A stretch of DNA of 64,000 nucleotides from Phoronis australis (Eukaryota > Animalia > Phoronida), in assembly GCA_002633005.1 (NCBI GenBank), contig NMRA01000004.1, positions 935,793 to 999,792 on the forward strand, written 5' to 3'. A program made the translations under genes and the position numbers. A model generated the notes under the pieces. That model was given only the letters and a program-made list of their open reading frames with translations, made no database searches and was not told where the DNA came from. Of the stretch, positions 1-12,500 are shown in pieces; the first letter of the stretch is position 1; every line of letters starts with the position of its first letter.

Positions 1-194
1 GTCATTTGGTGTTTGATTTTACTTTATTTCTGTTTTTGTTGATAAAGGAAGTTGTTACCTCCGAAAATTTCAAATTTCAGTTGATCCATTCTTGTTGTTT
101 TATTTACCGATTTATATTCTTCATTTCACGAAACAATAGTATCCTTGGGAGGATCTGGATCGCCTTATTTAGTTTCAGATATATTTTCTACGTT
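1..194 (+). mobile_element. 3' end of the same Penelope family, cut by the window start
   Basis: Near-identical to the reverse complement of ~60471-60667 and ends at the same ...TTCTACGTT boundary. Confidence 0.85.
35..74 (+). ncRNA. Minimal type-I hammerhead ribozyme motif (U3-A8 variant)
   Basis: TTTG-TTGATAA-A-GGAAGT(tgtt)ACCTCC-GAA-AATT-T-CAAA: stem I TTTG/CAAA, imperfect stem II, palindromic stem III. Confidence 0.6.
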
Positions 195-211
195 ATTAAA
201 TCGCTAGACAT

Positions 212-1006
212 GGGTACAGCCCATTATTCCGAGGGTTCACTACTCCGAAGGTTCACTACTCCGAAGGCTCACCGACTCCGACCGAAAAATATTTAAGATT
301 TCGGAATCGGGTGTTACTGTTATACTTTTACAAGGAAAAATAAACGACACTTCGGTTACAAGACGCAACTATACCGAAAACAACGCCCGGGTAATAACAT
401 TGAACTTCATGCGCATGAGAAAATTGCCCGCATGTCTTAGGAATACTGAAAAAATGAGTATATGATGTAGGAATCTTGATGACTGAATTATCAACCATGA
501 TACATTTATCAAATCCATGTCAAGACCGCATCATTTCACAGCCCGACTGAAAAGTTCGCGGCCGCTGCGTCTCCGTCAACCTCACCCACCGGAACCACTC
601 GCACGCGGGCGGGGTCGAAACTATATGTAGTTAGTAAGCCATCCTGTCCCCACCAGTCTTCACGAAAGTCTCATTCAGTCTTCTTAAATTTAAAACCGCC
701 GTTGGTCGCTGCGACCCTGATCCGTGCCCCAGATGTTGTCCCTAATTGGAAGTCTTAAGTTAGATTTAAGAATCACGCTGTTGTAATCAATGCTTTAGAA
801 ATTATTCCACTCTTTGCACACTCTTTAAATGGTTAATAAATGGATACCAATTTAATACTTCATTCATGTGAGTTCCGAATACTTAGCAGAAAATTACAGT
901 AATGAACTGTCGGAGTTCTCGTTTCGAAATTGTGGACATTCGAAGTAGTGAACTTTCGAAAGTAGCCAACCTTCCGAATATAGTGAACCTTCAGAAAAGT
1001 GACATG
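212..1006. mobile_element. Non-autonomous DNA element with inverted subterminal repeat arrays
   Basis: Tandem GGTTCACTACTCCGAA units at ~220-290, mirrored by TTCG(A/G)AGTAGTGAAC-like units at ~900-1000. Confidence 0.5.
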
Positions 1007-1630
1007 CAAACTTGAAAACCTTTTCCGTCAAGAGAAGACTTTCCTCATTGACCAAAGTTTTGATTAGGTCAGGACTTACTTTTTCCTAATAATGTGAACG
1101 TTCTGGGATTTCACAGTGCAAGAAAACACGGTAGTTACAGTGTTCATGTCTAGTTTTTGAGAAACGACAGAGTAGTTAGTGAACTTACCGTCAGAAAGTA
1201 CATGTACTGAATTTAAAAGCACGGAAACACACACACGTGTATACGCAAGCATGTCAATTCACCAATCCTCAATCAAAGTGGACAATGGATAAACAGCATA
1301 ATTGACGATCACTTTCAATTAGAAATTTGAAAATGCCTGCACCACTCTATGCTAGCAAGTACACCTAAGTAGCAGATAACAAACCCATCTTTTCTCTTTT
1401 TTTGTTTCTTGGTCGATTTTAAGGCATTCACACCGCTCTGCTTTTTGGGAGCTTTCTCGATGCTATATAGTTTGGGTAGGTATAGACATTCACATCTATA
1501 ATTACCTTGTTATCCTATGGTGTAGCGACCACAAACCTTCAATGCTGATGAATAACAAAGCGTCCTCTAATCGTCTGAACGATCCTGCCATCTACGCAAA
1601 CACCACCCGGGTACGACCAAATGATTATGT

Positions 1631-1797
1631 CAGTGACGGAATTGGGGTGGGGGAGGACAAGGGGTCATGTCCCCCAAAATTCTTCCAGATTCCATTTGGC
1701 AGTTCCGGGATGTGAATGTTTGACGGGCAAACTGCTGGCTAATACTCTGCCCTGCCCCCTCCCTTCCCCTAACGAAAAAATCATGGATCCTCCCCTG
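1631..1797. mobile_element. MITE with CAGGGGCGGATCC-type TIR, copy 1
   Basis: CAGTGACGGA...GGATCCTCCCCTG; inverted homolog of 43126-43273. Confidence 0.7.
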
Positions 1798-2197
1798 CGA
1801 TGCACTTTGAATCAGAAACAAATTCCAAATACTAAGTTGGTTATGATTGTGGTTAGTAGTACAAATAGCAGCAACAACTTTGTTGTTGTCCTTCTATATC
1901 CTATCGTACCCTATCTGATAAGCTAGGGCTGGACATTTTCTGCAGAGGATTCGACCAGACAACTCCTAATTTTGAACAGATTTCAATCTGCGACAGTGAG
2001 GATATTAGATGGAATCTATCAGTTTTAGTTCTAGAATAAAATCATACTACAGCTAGGCACTTATATGTTAAAAACAAGAATTGAGACACTCAAGAGTATA
2101 AAAAAATAAATGGGACAGGAAGAAGATTGCATTTATTGTAACAAGCATTTGGTAACAAACTGAGCCGATTGTTCCCTCGCCACCCACAGACAATAGC

Positions 2198-2441
2198 GTA
2201 CAAGCCAAAAGTATTCAGACAAAGTGATCAGAAATTTCCCTCATGACGAGTGGCTGGAACCTTAATTCATCGTGAGAGTTGTCTCCCCTGATGACCGAGA
2301 ATGAAGGGGAATTAAGAGGAGAGTTACCACGGTAACTACGTCATTCTGTAATTAGAATTTTGTTGTGAGGCTGTTAACATCATTAGTCGTCTTCCCAAGA
2401 AGACAGTATCTTGTCTGGTTACTTTTGTCATGCAGTGTGTA
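2198..2441. mobile_element. MITE (Tc1/mariner-like termini), copy 1, in or near the ZC3H15 3' UTR
   Basis: Imperfect TIR TACAAGCCAAAAGTATTCAGACAA / TTGTCTGGTTACTTTTGTCATGCA; homologous to 9666-9934. Confidence 0.55.
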
Positions 2442-3126
2442 TCTGTTCTAAGCCAGCAACAAACACTTAGAATGTGAACAGTATCAGACTGTGGCATAAC
2501 ACAGGTTTAGAAATGATACATTTCAATAATGGCTCCTCATTTATCTAACCAGTCGATCAGACTACTAGGCAGTCTTTAGTCACGTCAACTTTTCCACAGT
2601 CAAAAAACTACTTTCAGCTTAATCGTGAATGAAAAGTTAATCAACAATTCATACCTGCCCATAAGATTCGAAAGTTCCTCAACGTAGTGATCAAATTCAT
2701 GCTGTATAGATGAATCCGCTCACCCCACATAATAGCATCTGAGGTCTGTTTTCCAAATTTGGTCTTACGCTCCACACAGTCTTTAAAACAATAATTGAAT
2801 CTCGATTGTACAAAAATGTAATCTCAGAGAATATACACATAACAGCTAGTTATTGAGATATTTCTATAAATTATTTCTCGACTGCGATGCGCTCATAATT
2901 ACTAAGATAAACCTTTATTCCCGAATTATAAGTGGAGCGTAAGACCATATTTCAAAACCAACTTGAACTCTGCGTACAACAAATCTTTAGCAAGGGTCAC
3001 TAGCAGCCTTGAATACTTAATCACGGTAGAGTAAATCAGCTGTGGAGCTTGTCTTATCATGCAAGCAATCCGCATTTTTTACCAACAGTATGTAGCACAT
3101 AACAAGCACTTCAAAGTATTGTTCCT

Positions 3127-3329
3127 CTAAGCGTCCAGGTCTAAATGTTCTAAATCATCATCAATTAAATCTAAGTCTTCTCCATCGAATAGATTTTCAT
3201 CTATTGGCACATCACCAGCTAACGGATCATTTCCGTCCACGGTGGCGGCCATTGCTGCACAAATCGCCTCGTCTGTAACCTCCTGGGGACTTGTGGGTAA
3301 TGCTGCCGCCTCAGATAGCTTGTTTTCTT
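3127..3329 (-). CDS. ZC3H15: ZC3H15 exon 12 (terminal)
   Basis: [12 protein letters not shown]...[27 protein letters not shown]; minus-strand AATAAA at 2914-2919 and 2132-2137. Confidence 0.9.
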
Positions 3330-6300
3330 CTGAAAGAATAGTGTTGTCAATGGAAACGCAATATTCTATGTACGAACCACTAATAGCAAGCCTGATGATT
3401 TCCGTGCGAATATTCGTAAGCACCAGCAGGTCTCTCCTATAACAACACCTATCAACAGTCCACACAGCAAATGATCCTTGGAAAAGTTTAAAAACTTTAC
3501 TAACCCCACACAGCATGATCTAAGAAAACCACTATTTTGGTTCGGGTTTTGCACAGAATCCTTTGTTTAGGTCCTTTCATACATGGAACAGAGTACTAAA
3601 TTCTGCATGCTAAGTCTGCAATGACTCTGTTTCACATAATCATGTGATTGACTGGGGCAATGTACAAATTAAGGAGTGTGAAAGTAAAGACAAAAGATTA
3701 AGGTCATCAACACCTGGAAGAACGGTAACATTATGAATAGAGCCGAGCGCCACTATTTATATTGCAATACCTACGATCATATCCTTAGAGAACCTAAAGG
3801 GAATCTACTTAACTCACGTCCACAGCTGGAGTACCACCTGCTGGTCAATATAGAGATCAAATCATGGAGTTACCCAGTGAAACATTCAATGTAAATCTTT
3901 GGCTGTGATAGCAAAGCTTTCTAATAAACATGCTCTATCAGCCAACAGACCTTCTATAATTATAGTAATCTGTTTGAGTTGACGCGCGTACCTGACAAGT
4001 CTGCGGTGCCGTTCTCCTGAGGGACCGCGGCTCTCATGGTCCCTGTGTCGTCGACTTCCTGTGCTAAACGAGACATCTCTTCCAGGTCTATCTCTTTGAC
4101 CTCCCCAACGTCCTCCTAGTAGAAAGGGAAGGAACAATGTCAACTTGCAACTTGCTAGCTTACAGTTATTGTTATTAAGTGTGTCTCGTTAGAACTCAAT
4201 TTCATTCTGAAATTATGATCTATGCTATGAAGAAATACAGAGAAAGTTCCCTGAAAAACTAGAAACTCGATAACTGTTGGGAAATTCGGTGGAAAATGGA
4301 GGCAAAGTGAAAAGAGCCGAATTTGGGTTGCTGTGGCCTCAAGAGGAGACAGAAAGGCAGGAAAGTGAGAACTAGAATTTTACAGAATCTATTTAGGGCT
4401 GTTCCAGTAAAATCCGTGTGGGAGGGGGGGGACGGCAGTAGAAATAAAAATTCATAGGTGGTGGTCTTCAGAAAAAAACTCAAATTATGGGTGGTCGTTC
4501 CTGTAAGAAGTGATGCATTAAAAATGGGTGGTATTTTTTGATCTGTTAATGTTGACAGGTTGGTTAATTCAGCCAACACATCTCCAAAGAAATCAAAACT
4601 CAAAAAATACGATTGGCATATATCCCAACTTATCCCAATACAAAAAAGCCCATATTGCCAGTGAACAGAGTGCAATATGTTCACTAAGCCATTAATCAAG
4701 TCATGGGCAACTTGATTTGAGCCAAGGGCTTGTCTGCAGTCCTATTGAATTGAAAAGTTATGCAACACTAAACTGGTGTTAACACATATAAGAAAATTGA
4801 TGATTTTTAAATAAAAAGTATGAGGAGTAAGATAAACAAGTTCCAATATTCACTTGACATAGAAGTATAAAAGAGTTTGTGGAGACAGTTTGAGATTCAT
4901 AGATCCTTATAATTGAAAAAATGTTCACTGAAATTATAGACACATGGTGAACAGAGACACCTGGTGGCTGCCAAAAGTATTGNNNNNNNNNNNNNNNNNN
5001 NNNNNNNNNNNNNNNNNNNNNNNNNNNNNNNNNNNNNNNNNNNNNNNNNNNNNNNNNNNNNNNNNNNNNNNNNNNNNNNNNNNNNNNNNNNNNNNNNNNN
5101 NNNNNNNNNNNNNNNNNNNNNNNNNNNNNNNNNNNNNNNNNNNNNNNNNNNNNNNNNNNNNNNNNNNNNNNNNNNNNNNNNNNNNNNNNNNNNNNNNNNN
5201 NNNNNNNNNNNNNNNNNNNNNNNNNNNNNNNNNNNNNNNNNNNNNNNNNNNNNNNNNNNNNNNNNNNNNNNNNGACAGCTGAGACAACTGAAGAAAGTAT
5301 TACTCCTTTGATGTGTCATTAATACACAACAGGCTCTAGTGACAGCTGAGACAACTGAAGAAAGTATTACTCCTTTGATGTGTCATTAATACACAACAGG
5401 CTCTAGTGACAGCTGAGACAACTGAAGAAAGTATTACTCCTTTGATGTGTCATTAATACACAACAGGCTCTAGTGACAGCTGAGACAACTGAAGAAAGTA
5501 TTACTCCTTTGATGTGTCATTAATACACAACAGGCTCTAGTGACAGCTGAGACAACTGAAGAAAGTATTACTCCTTTGATGTGTCATTAATACACAACAG
5601 GCTCTAGTGACAGCTGAGACAACTGAAGAAAGTATTACTCCTTTGATGTGTCATTAATACACAACAGGCTCTAGTGACAGCTGAGACAACTGAAGAAAGT
5701 ATTACTCCTTTGATGTGTCATTAATACACAACAGGCTCTAGTGACAGCTGAGACAACTGAAGAAAGTATTACTCCTTTGATGTGTCATTAATACACAACA
5801 GGCTCTAGTGACAGCTGAGACAACTGAAGAAAGTATTACTCCTTTGATGTGTCATTAATACACAACAGGCTCTAGTGACAGCTGAGACAACTGAAGAAAG
5901 TAATGTCACCACACACCTCATCCTCTTCAATCTTTTCCCGCACAAACACCCCGTCATCGGCATCGTCGTCGTCACCGACAACGAGGTCAGGATTGAACTC
6001 AAACATCTCCCGCCCACTAACCTGGAACATAGTATCACAGCATGCTGTTTAACGACGTACAAATAAATTGACCAATAAGACAAGGTTTAATAAGTTGGTT
6101 TCACCCACCCAGTCATTTCATGCACTGATCAACTACCAACTTGAACTACAACCAACATTCGACCTCACTATCAACAAATTTGGCCGACCACATTACCTTG
6201 AGAGCATGCGGTATACAGTCGGCTTCCAGAGACTACTCTACCAATAACTAACTGTGAGTTATTCAAAAGCCCAGAAAACCCTTTCGAATATGGACTGTTT

Positions 6301-9300
6301 AAAGACAGGTTTCATATAAATCAAAAGTTATGTTCTAACGGCTTTATGGTATCATAACAATAAACAATCAAACTCAGAGTGAAAAAAATTGAACACCTCA
6401 AAAAATCTTCAAGATATCGCAATCACTTACACCAAATATTTTTCCTGCACTGAAGTCAGACTTTTTCTTTGCCTTTTCTGCTGTTGCTTTCTGAATCTTT
6501 TCATTTCTCTGGAAGGAAAACAAAGAATTCTCACTCCATTATAGATATCTCCTTTTGTTCCAGCTCCAAACGAATTTTTAAATGCAAGTAGTAATCAGAG
6601 GCCCATTCCTACAAAATGACTTATCGGTAAGTTCATTGTTGGTTACGAATCTCAGCTTTGTCGCTTTGACTTCAGTAAAACCTTGAAATAGTTTTTTTGT
6701 GTTCAAATAAAAAAAACCTTAATAGCTAAGACTGTCTTAAATTTCTGTCTTTGTTTTAAGTAAACTCACATTTCTCTTATTAAGTCCATGATAAAAATGG
6801 CTCCCGCAACAAAGTAATTTATTCCAACATAACAGCAGTTTCTTGCAGCAACCAAGCAGGAAAGAATCAAGCGTGCAAAGGTTTAATCTTCTTTTCAAAA
6901 CCTCCGTAAAGTTGGTGTTCATTTTGTGAAACCAGAGTAATTTGACATCCAAACACAGGAGCTTTTGATTACTTTCTGTATGTTACCAGAGTTTCAGCTT
7001 GTCCGTAGAAAACTCTGGTGAGACACACCTAAGTCAAAAAACTTTAGGCAAATTTAAGATCGCTTTCTTAGAATGGGGGGCACTTTGGGTACACATCTAT
7101 TGACAAGGCACAAGATACCGTGGAACATGCTGTTTTTCTAATGCAGTAAACGTTTAGCCAACTCTTTGAGTTAGCTTTTTTATTCACTGCTTAACTGGAG
7201 GAGAAAAAATCCGTTATAAATGAGAGATCAGCCTGTCGGCAATCTTTTCAAAAGCATACAAAATGTACAAATAAAATGTAGCACCAGCTACAGCTACTTA
7301 AAGTTTTCTAAAAATGATGTTGAAAATTATTTGTAGGGAGATTAAAACTAACACTTTTTGGAAGTATTCCTTGAGGCGCAGTGGTCTGCTCAAACGATCA
7401 ATAACAATAAAATAATTATAGCATTTCAACAAATCCACAACTCACCTTCTTCTGTTTCCATTTTAAAAACGTCTCCAGCGTGACTTTTGTTAAGTTAGAA
7501 CCAAGTGCTGCCCTCTGGAAAACAAAAGCACACCAGTGACCACAAAAGACCATTGAACACACCTACAGATACATAATACACCCAACAAAACTAATGGGAT
7601 CAGTGGTTATCGCTCTAAATGAAAGAAATTTTAACAGCAACAATACTGGTTGTAGAGCTAAGTATTGTAACAAAGGTTGATCTAGAACCAAACGTCAGGG
7701 CTGCGGTCTATAGACACAAAACAATCAACTTGCACTTGCAGCGAAAAGCCTTCACTCGTGGAAAGGAAACAGTTCATCCTATCCCACAATTCTGTAAAAT
7801 CAGGAGAATGAGACCAATGAAAGTGATACGACTGACAAACTCAAACAAGGTCAAAGATCAATATCTGCCAGTTAGTTTGAAGGCCGACCCAGCACCTTAT
7901 CTCCTCCATCTTCTGAAAACATTAATCCCTAAGAGCTCCACAAGATAGTAGTACGTACCTCTTTCTCCACAAGTTCCTCGATGGTGATTTCGTCCACCTT
8001 TTCGGCCTTCTTTTGATCTTTCTTCAACACAAAACCTACCAGAGCAGAAGGAAAGGCATAAACAAAGACTCCAGGTGAGTACTAAAGGTTCACATCATTC
8101 TCTAGGGTCATTAAAATTGCTGAACCTTACTATTACTGATTGCTAATTTGAATTACATGAAATTGAAACTAGACAGCATTTAATGAATTTTCCCAGTTTC
8201 GATATTTTTCACAAACAAATTGAGGTCATCGGCATTTGATTGTCTATGTTTCAGACAATTTCGGGCATACCAATTATTTTTTTCGTGTAATGTTAGTTAA
8301 AGCAGGGACATGTAGATTTGGGATATTTTAACCTGAATCAAAGACCACGATTTGCTTTGATATTAAACAGACAAAAATGGTTTAATCACCAAACTCGGGT
8401 CCAGCTATTTGAAATGCAAAACCAAGTAGAGAGACATGTCGACAAAACCAAGTAGAGAGACATGTCAACAAAACCAAGTAAAGAGAGACATGTCAACAAA
8501 GATTTTCCTTTAAGCTCCAAAGTCAGACTGGATTCAGACTAGAAACCCAACCAATAACAGATTATGATGTGACATACAAATTTGTAAGTTCATTCAAAGC
8601 AAGTCGTGTAGTTGGTCAATTTTCGAATGAATTTTGATTTAATAGAGATGATAGACTCCCAAGTTCTGAATGGGTAAAAATTGAAATCAATTTCAGCAGT
8701 AAGTGGTCTAATTTGGTAGTCTATGCTTTTAAATTAAAAGGCAACAAACATAGGTGAATCTCACTTGGAAATTTAATCCATAGAAATTATAGAGGTTCAC
8801 TTGATTCGATCCACACACAAAACTCACCAGGTGGCAGGGCATGTTTATAATGGCACTTCTCTCCATTGGGACATTCCCAAAACCATCCATATTTACTATT
8901 CTCTACTGCATCCAGGAAGTACTTGCAGATCTATAAATGAAAGACAACAAGCTGTAAAAAGTTCCCCAGGGACACATGGTGGTGTATAACACATGGTGGT
9001 GTATAACACATGGTGGCATATAACACATGGTGGCTTATTACACATGGTGGCGTATAACACATGGTAGCTTATAACACATGGTGGCATATAACACATGGTG
9101 GCTTATTACACATGGTGGCGTATAACACATGGTGGCGTATAACACGTGGTGGCGTATAACACATCGTGGCGTATAACACATGTTGGCATATAACACAAGC
9201 TGGCATATACGGTAACACATGGTGGTGTACAACACATGGTAGTGTATAACACATGGCTAAGAAATTGGGAATTACCTGAACAAGTCATGGATTAACAGTG

Positions 9301-9483
9301 TGAATTTTCAGTCACAAGCAAATTGAGGATTTCGTAAAAAGACTTGATTGTAGACCAATGCAATTTCATCGATTACCAATTTCAGAGCGACGGCTTTACA
9401 AAAATGTTAGGCCACATGTACTTTGTAATTAACAACAGAAGTTGACTTTTAGGAGGGATTAAACGCTGAACAACCACAGAATT

Positions 9484-9533
<50 letters not shown>

Positions 9534-12500
9534 AACATCCCCTTATACACATTTCTCCCACTTTCAAAGTACAATGATTTGTTTGACACATGCAGCATTG
9601 TCCAAGGTGTAGCGATCAGCTGTTGCTGATCAATAAGCCTCGACAGTGCGTTTACAAGAGAAACATACACTACAAGTCAAAAGTATTCAGAAAAAATGAC
9701 CCATAATTCTCTGTCACGACGGCTGGGAGGAAGCTGAATTCATAGTCAGAGTAGTCTCCCCTGGTGTGGGAGAATGAAGGGGAATTTAGAGGACAGTAAG
9801 GTGGCCAAGCTGTTCTGCAATTAGAAGTTTGCCCCCACAACAGTTATCATTGCTCATTTTAGCCATCAACAGGGAATTAGTCATCGTGATTGGGGGAATG
9901 GTATTTTGTTGGACTACTGAGGTGTTGTACTGTATCCATGGTAATTATAACCAGGACTTACAATAGAGGTAGCTGGTAGCGACTTGTTTTTCTCTCCGTG
10001 TTTCTTGGAGACCACTTCCTCTAGTTTGGCTTCATCCCAATCCATCATTTCACCTGAAGGGAATTTGGAGACGAGGCAATTTTATAAACTTTAAACACAA
10101 CCTATTTTAATGAAAGACAGAAGAATAAAAACATTTAGGATGCCTTATTCAAATTGCATTGCGGAACAATGCCCAAAAAGGAAAAACTTGACTTATGTAT
10201 TTTAATTGAAAAAATAGTAATTGCTCCTCATGAAACCATTTCCATACCATCAAAAGAGAAATGAATATAAGACATTCTACTCTTGTAAAACCGATCTCAA
10301 AATATTCCTTACTTTACAATTCCATTTCCATTAACAATAAAAACATCAAAAACAATCAGCAGCACAAGATAACACTTCACAGCTGGGGGTTGGTCAAAAT
10401 TAAAACTATGATTTCAAATGTGGCACAGGAACGCACAGCCTTTAACTTAACTTGGTAACGGAAACAGATTCCTATTGTGGTAAGGAATATTATGTGACCG
10501 ACTTTATGAGAGTAAAAGGCTTAATTAGATTCTCACTTCAGCAAGCAACATGGCAAAATACAACTCTAGCATAACATTCTTACCAGCTTCAAACTCAAGG
10601 AGGGTCAAGAGGGAAGCATTTTTCCCCTTTGAAACCATTTCATTATAGCTAAGAACTATGAGCCAACATAATAAAACCAAATAATGAACTGTCCAATCAC
10701 CTTCCTCCTGCGCATCATAGACGCTCTTCTTCTCCGACTTCCTTTCCAAGCTCAGGTCATGTGAGAATTTACACTTGGCACCCTTAGAGCAGGCCCCCTG
10801 CTTGAAGAAGGCGCACAGTACCGATTTGGGGTCAGCACCTGGGGGTTAAAGGGTAACTGCAGACTTGAGGTAACTGGATGTAAACTGAATATTTTACAGA
10901 CCATGAAATCCAAAGTTGGTCCAATCAGATTAAGTTAAACACTCCCAGTGTATTTCTCGCATCAAACAGTGGCTTTGACACTCATCAAACAGAGGGTATG
11001 ACTGTTGACATCATCAAACCAAGGGCATGACATCATCAAACAGAGAGTATGACTGTTGACATCATCAAACAGAGAGTATGACTGTTGACATCATCAAACC
11101 AAGGGCATGACATCATCAAACAGAGGGTATGACTGTTGACATCATCAAACCAAGGGCATGACATCATCAAACAGAGGGTATGACTGTTGACATCATCAAA
11201 CCAAGGGCATGACATCATCAAACAGTGTACACAGAGTTTACATGACATCATCAAAAACAAGGTATCACACTATCATTCATTTATGGGTAAACCATTCCAA
11301 ATGTGGCAATAGTAAACTTTCTGACAATATATTGCCCAAATTGACAGTTCAAAAATATTTTTAATTCAGCAACAATCAATGGATAGCCATGCCGATTTTT
11401 CTTGTTGCAGAAATGAAGAACATAACACATTTCCCATAATCACTTTCCGTGAATGACTGGCCACTAAAAATTATAAACGGGATTTTCCAATTATTTTAAA
11501 CATACTGGCATTTGTAATCTCACTTCATGGAGAAATTACAAAAACTTATATTTCGGTGTTTAAACGTCCGAGCAAAGTAAAAAGTTTTTTGTTGACAAGC
11601 ATAACGAGCAGTGGAATGCCTTGAAACATGAGGTTGCATTTCACGAGTTGAACAACTAGAATCTAGAGTCACATTTGGTGATTAAAGTTCTGACTGGAAT
11701 AGCCTACGACAATCTGAAGTTGCATTTTGCAAGTTGGTACTGGCAAAATCGGGCACCTGACCTACCTTTACCAACAGTTTGTACAGGCCTGAACAGTGTG
11801 TTCAGCTCCTCCGCTTCTTTTTTCTTAGCCTCCTTTGCTTTGGCCGTTTCTTGCTTCTTCATCTCTTCCATCTAGTCACATACGAGAAAAAAGAGAACAG
11901 AGGGGCATGGCAAACAAGTTGAAAATACCTTGCCTCTTTTTCCAGCTGAATAATGCCTCACACCGTGTTGATTGTTTCTCCAAACCCAAACAAGAATAGT
12001 GCCACATTGGGAGAGAGTCACCAGTTACTTGAACGTCAGCTGTGAAATGATCTACAGTCGATTTGTGGCCAGAATATGTCGAATTTGATAGACCATGTTC
12101 TTAGCTTTTGGTAATTAAAAAAGGAAACATAAGGACTGTATGTTTTGCTACTGAAATATGTAAATACCATTCAAAATCTCAATTACTTGAAATATAATAA
12201 ATTTCCTCAATTCCGTCCATTTTTAGTTATCGTGGAAAAACAGAGTCTTTACTTATTGTGAACACAAACCTTCGAGGCTTTTTGATTGCCAAACTTGACT
12301 TGCGTAGTGACATTCTTGATAAACTTTTGCTGTTTTGTGCCTTTTTTGTTCTTCAGACCAAAGGTCTTGTCCTGTAACAAACAGAAATAATGTGACAAAC
12401 GTCCAGTCAAAGTTAATATAACATACATACATTCATAAAATTAACAACGATTGTTTCGAAAAAAAATTATGTTATAAGTCAGAGACTTGACTAATGTCTT

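Noticed and set aside
6-296. Hydrophobic ORF '[16 protein letters not shown]', repeated at 60536-60730 and 61624-61860
   Set aside because: It is a translation of the T-rich Penelope 3' region; the copies end differently and show no protein motif.
4983-5273. Missing ZC3H15 exon hidden in the gap
   Set aside because: Exons 10 and 11 join in phase and the total of 425 aa is typical for the family, so no exon is required.
4897-5319. ORFs spanning N runs (also 60965-61596)
   Set aside because: They are open only because of assembly gaps.
5274-5901. CRISPR-like array (also considered for 30850-31102, 39597-40227 and 10975-11255)
   Set aside because: Units are head-to-tail with no unique spacers, there are no cas genes, and the context is eukaryotic introns.
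8896-9288. Repetitive His/Cys/Tyr-rich ORFs
   Set aside because: Artefacts of the 18-bp minisatellite being open in several frames within an intron.
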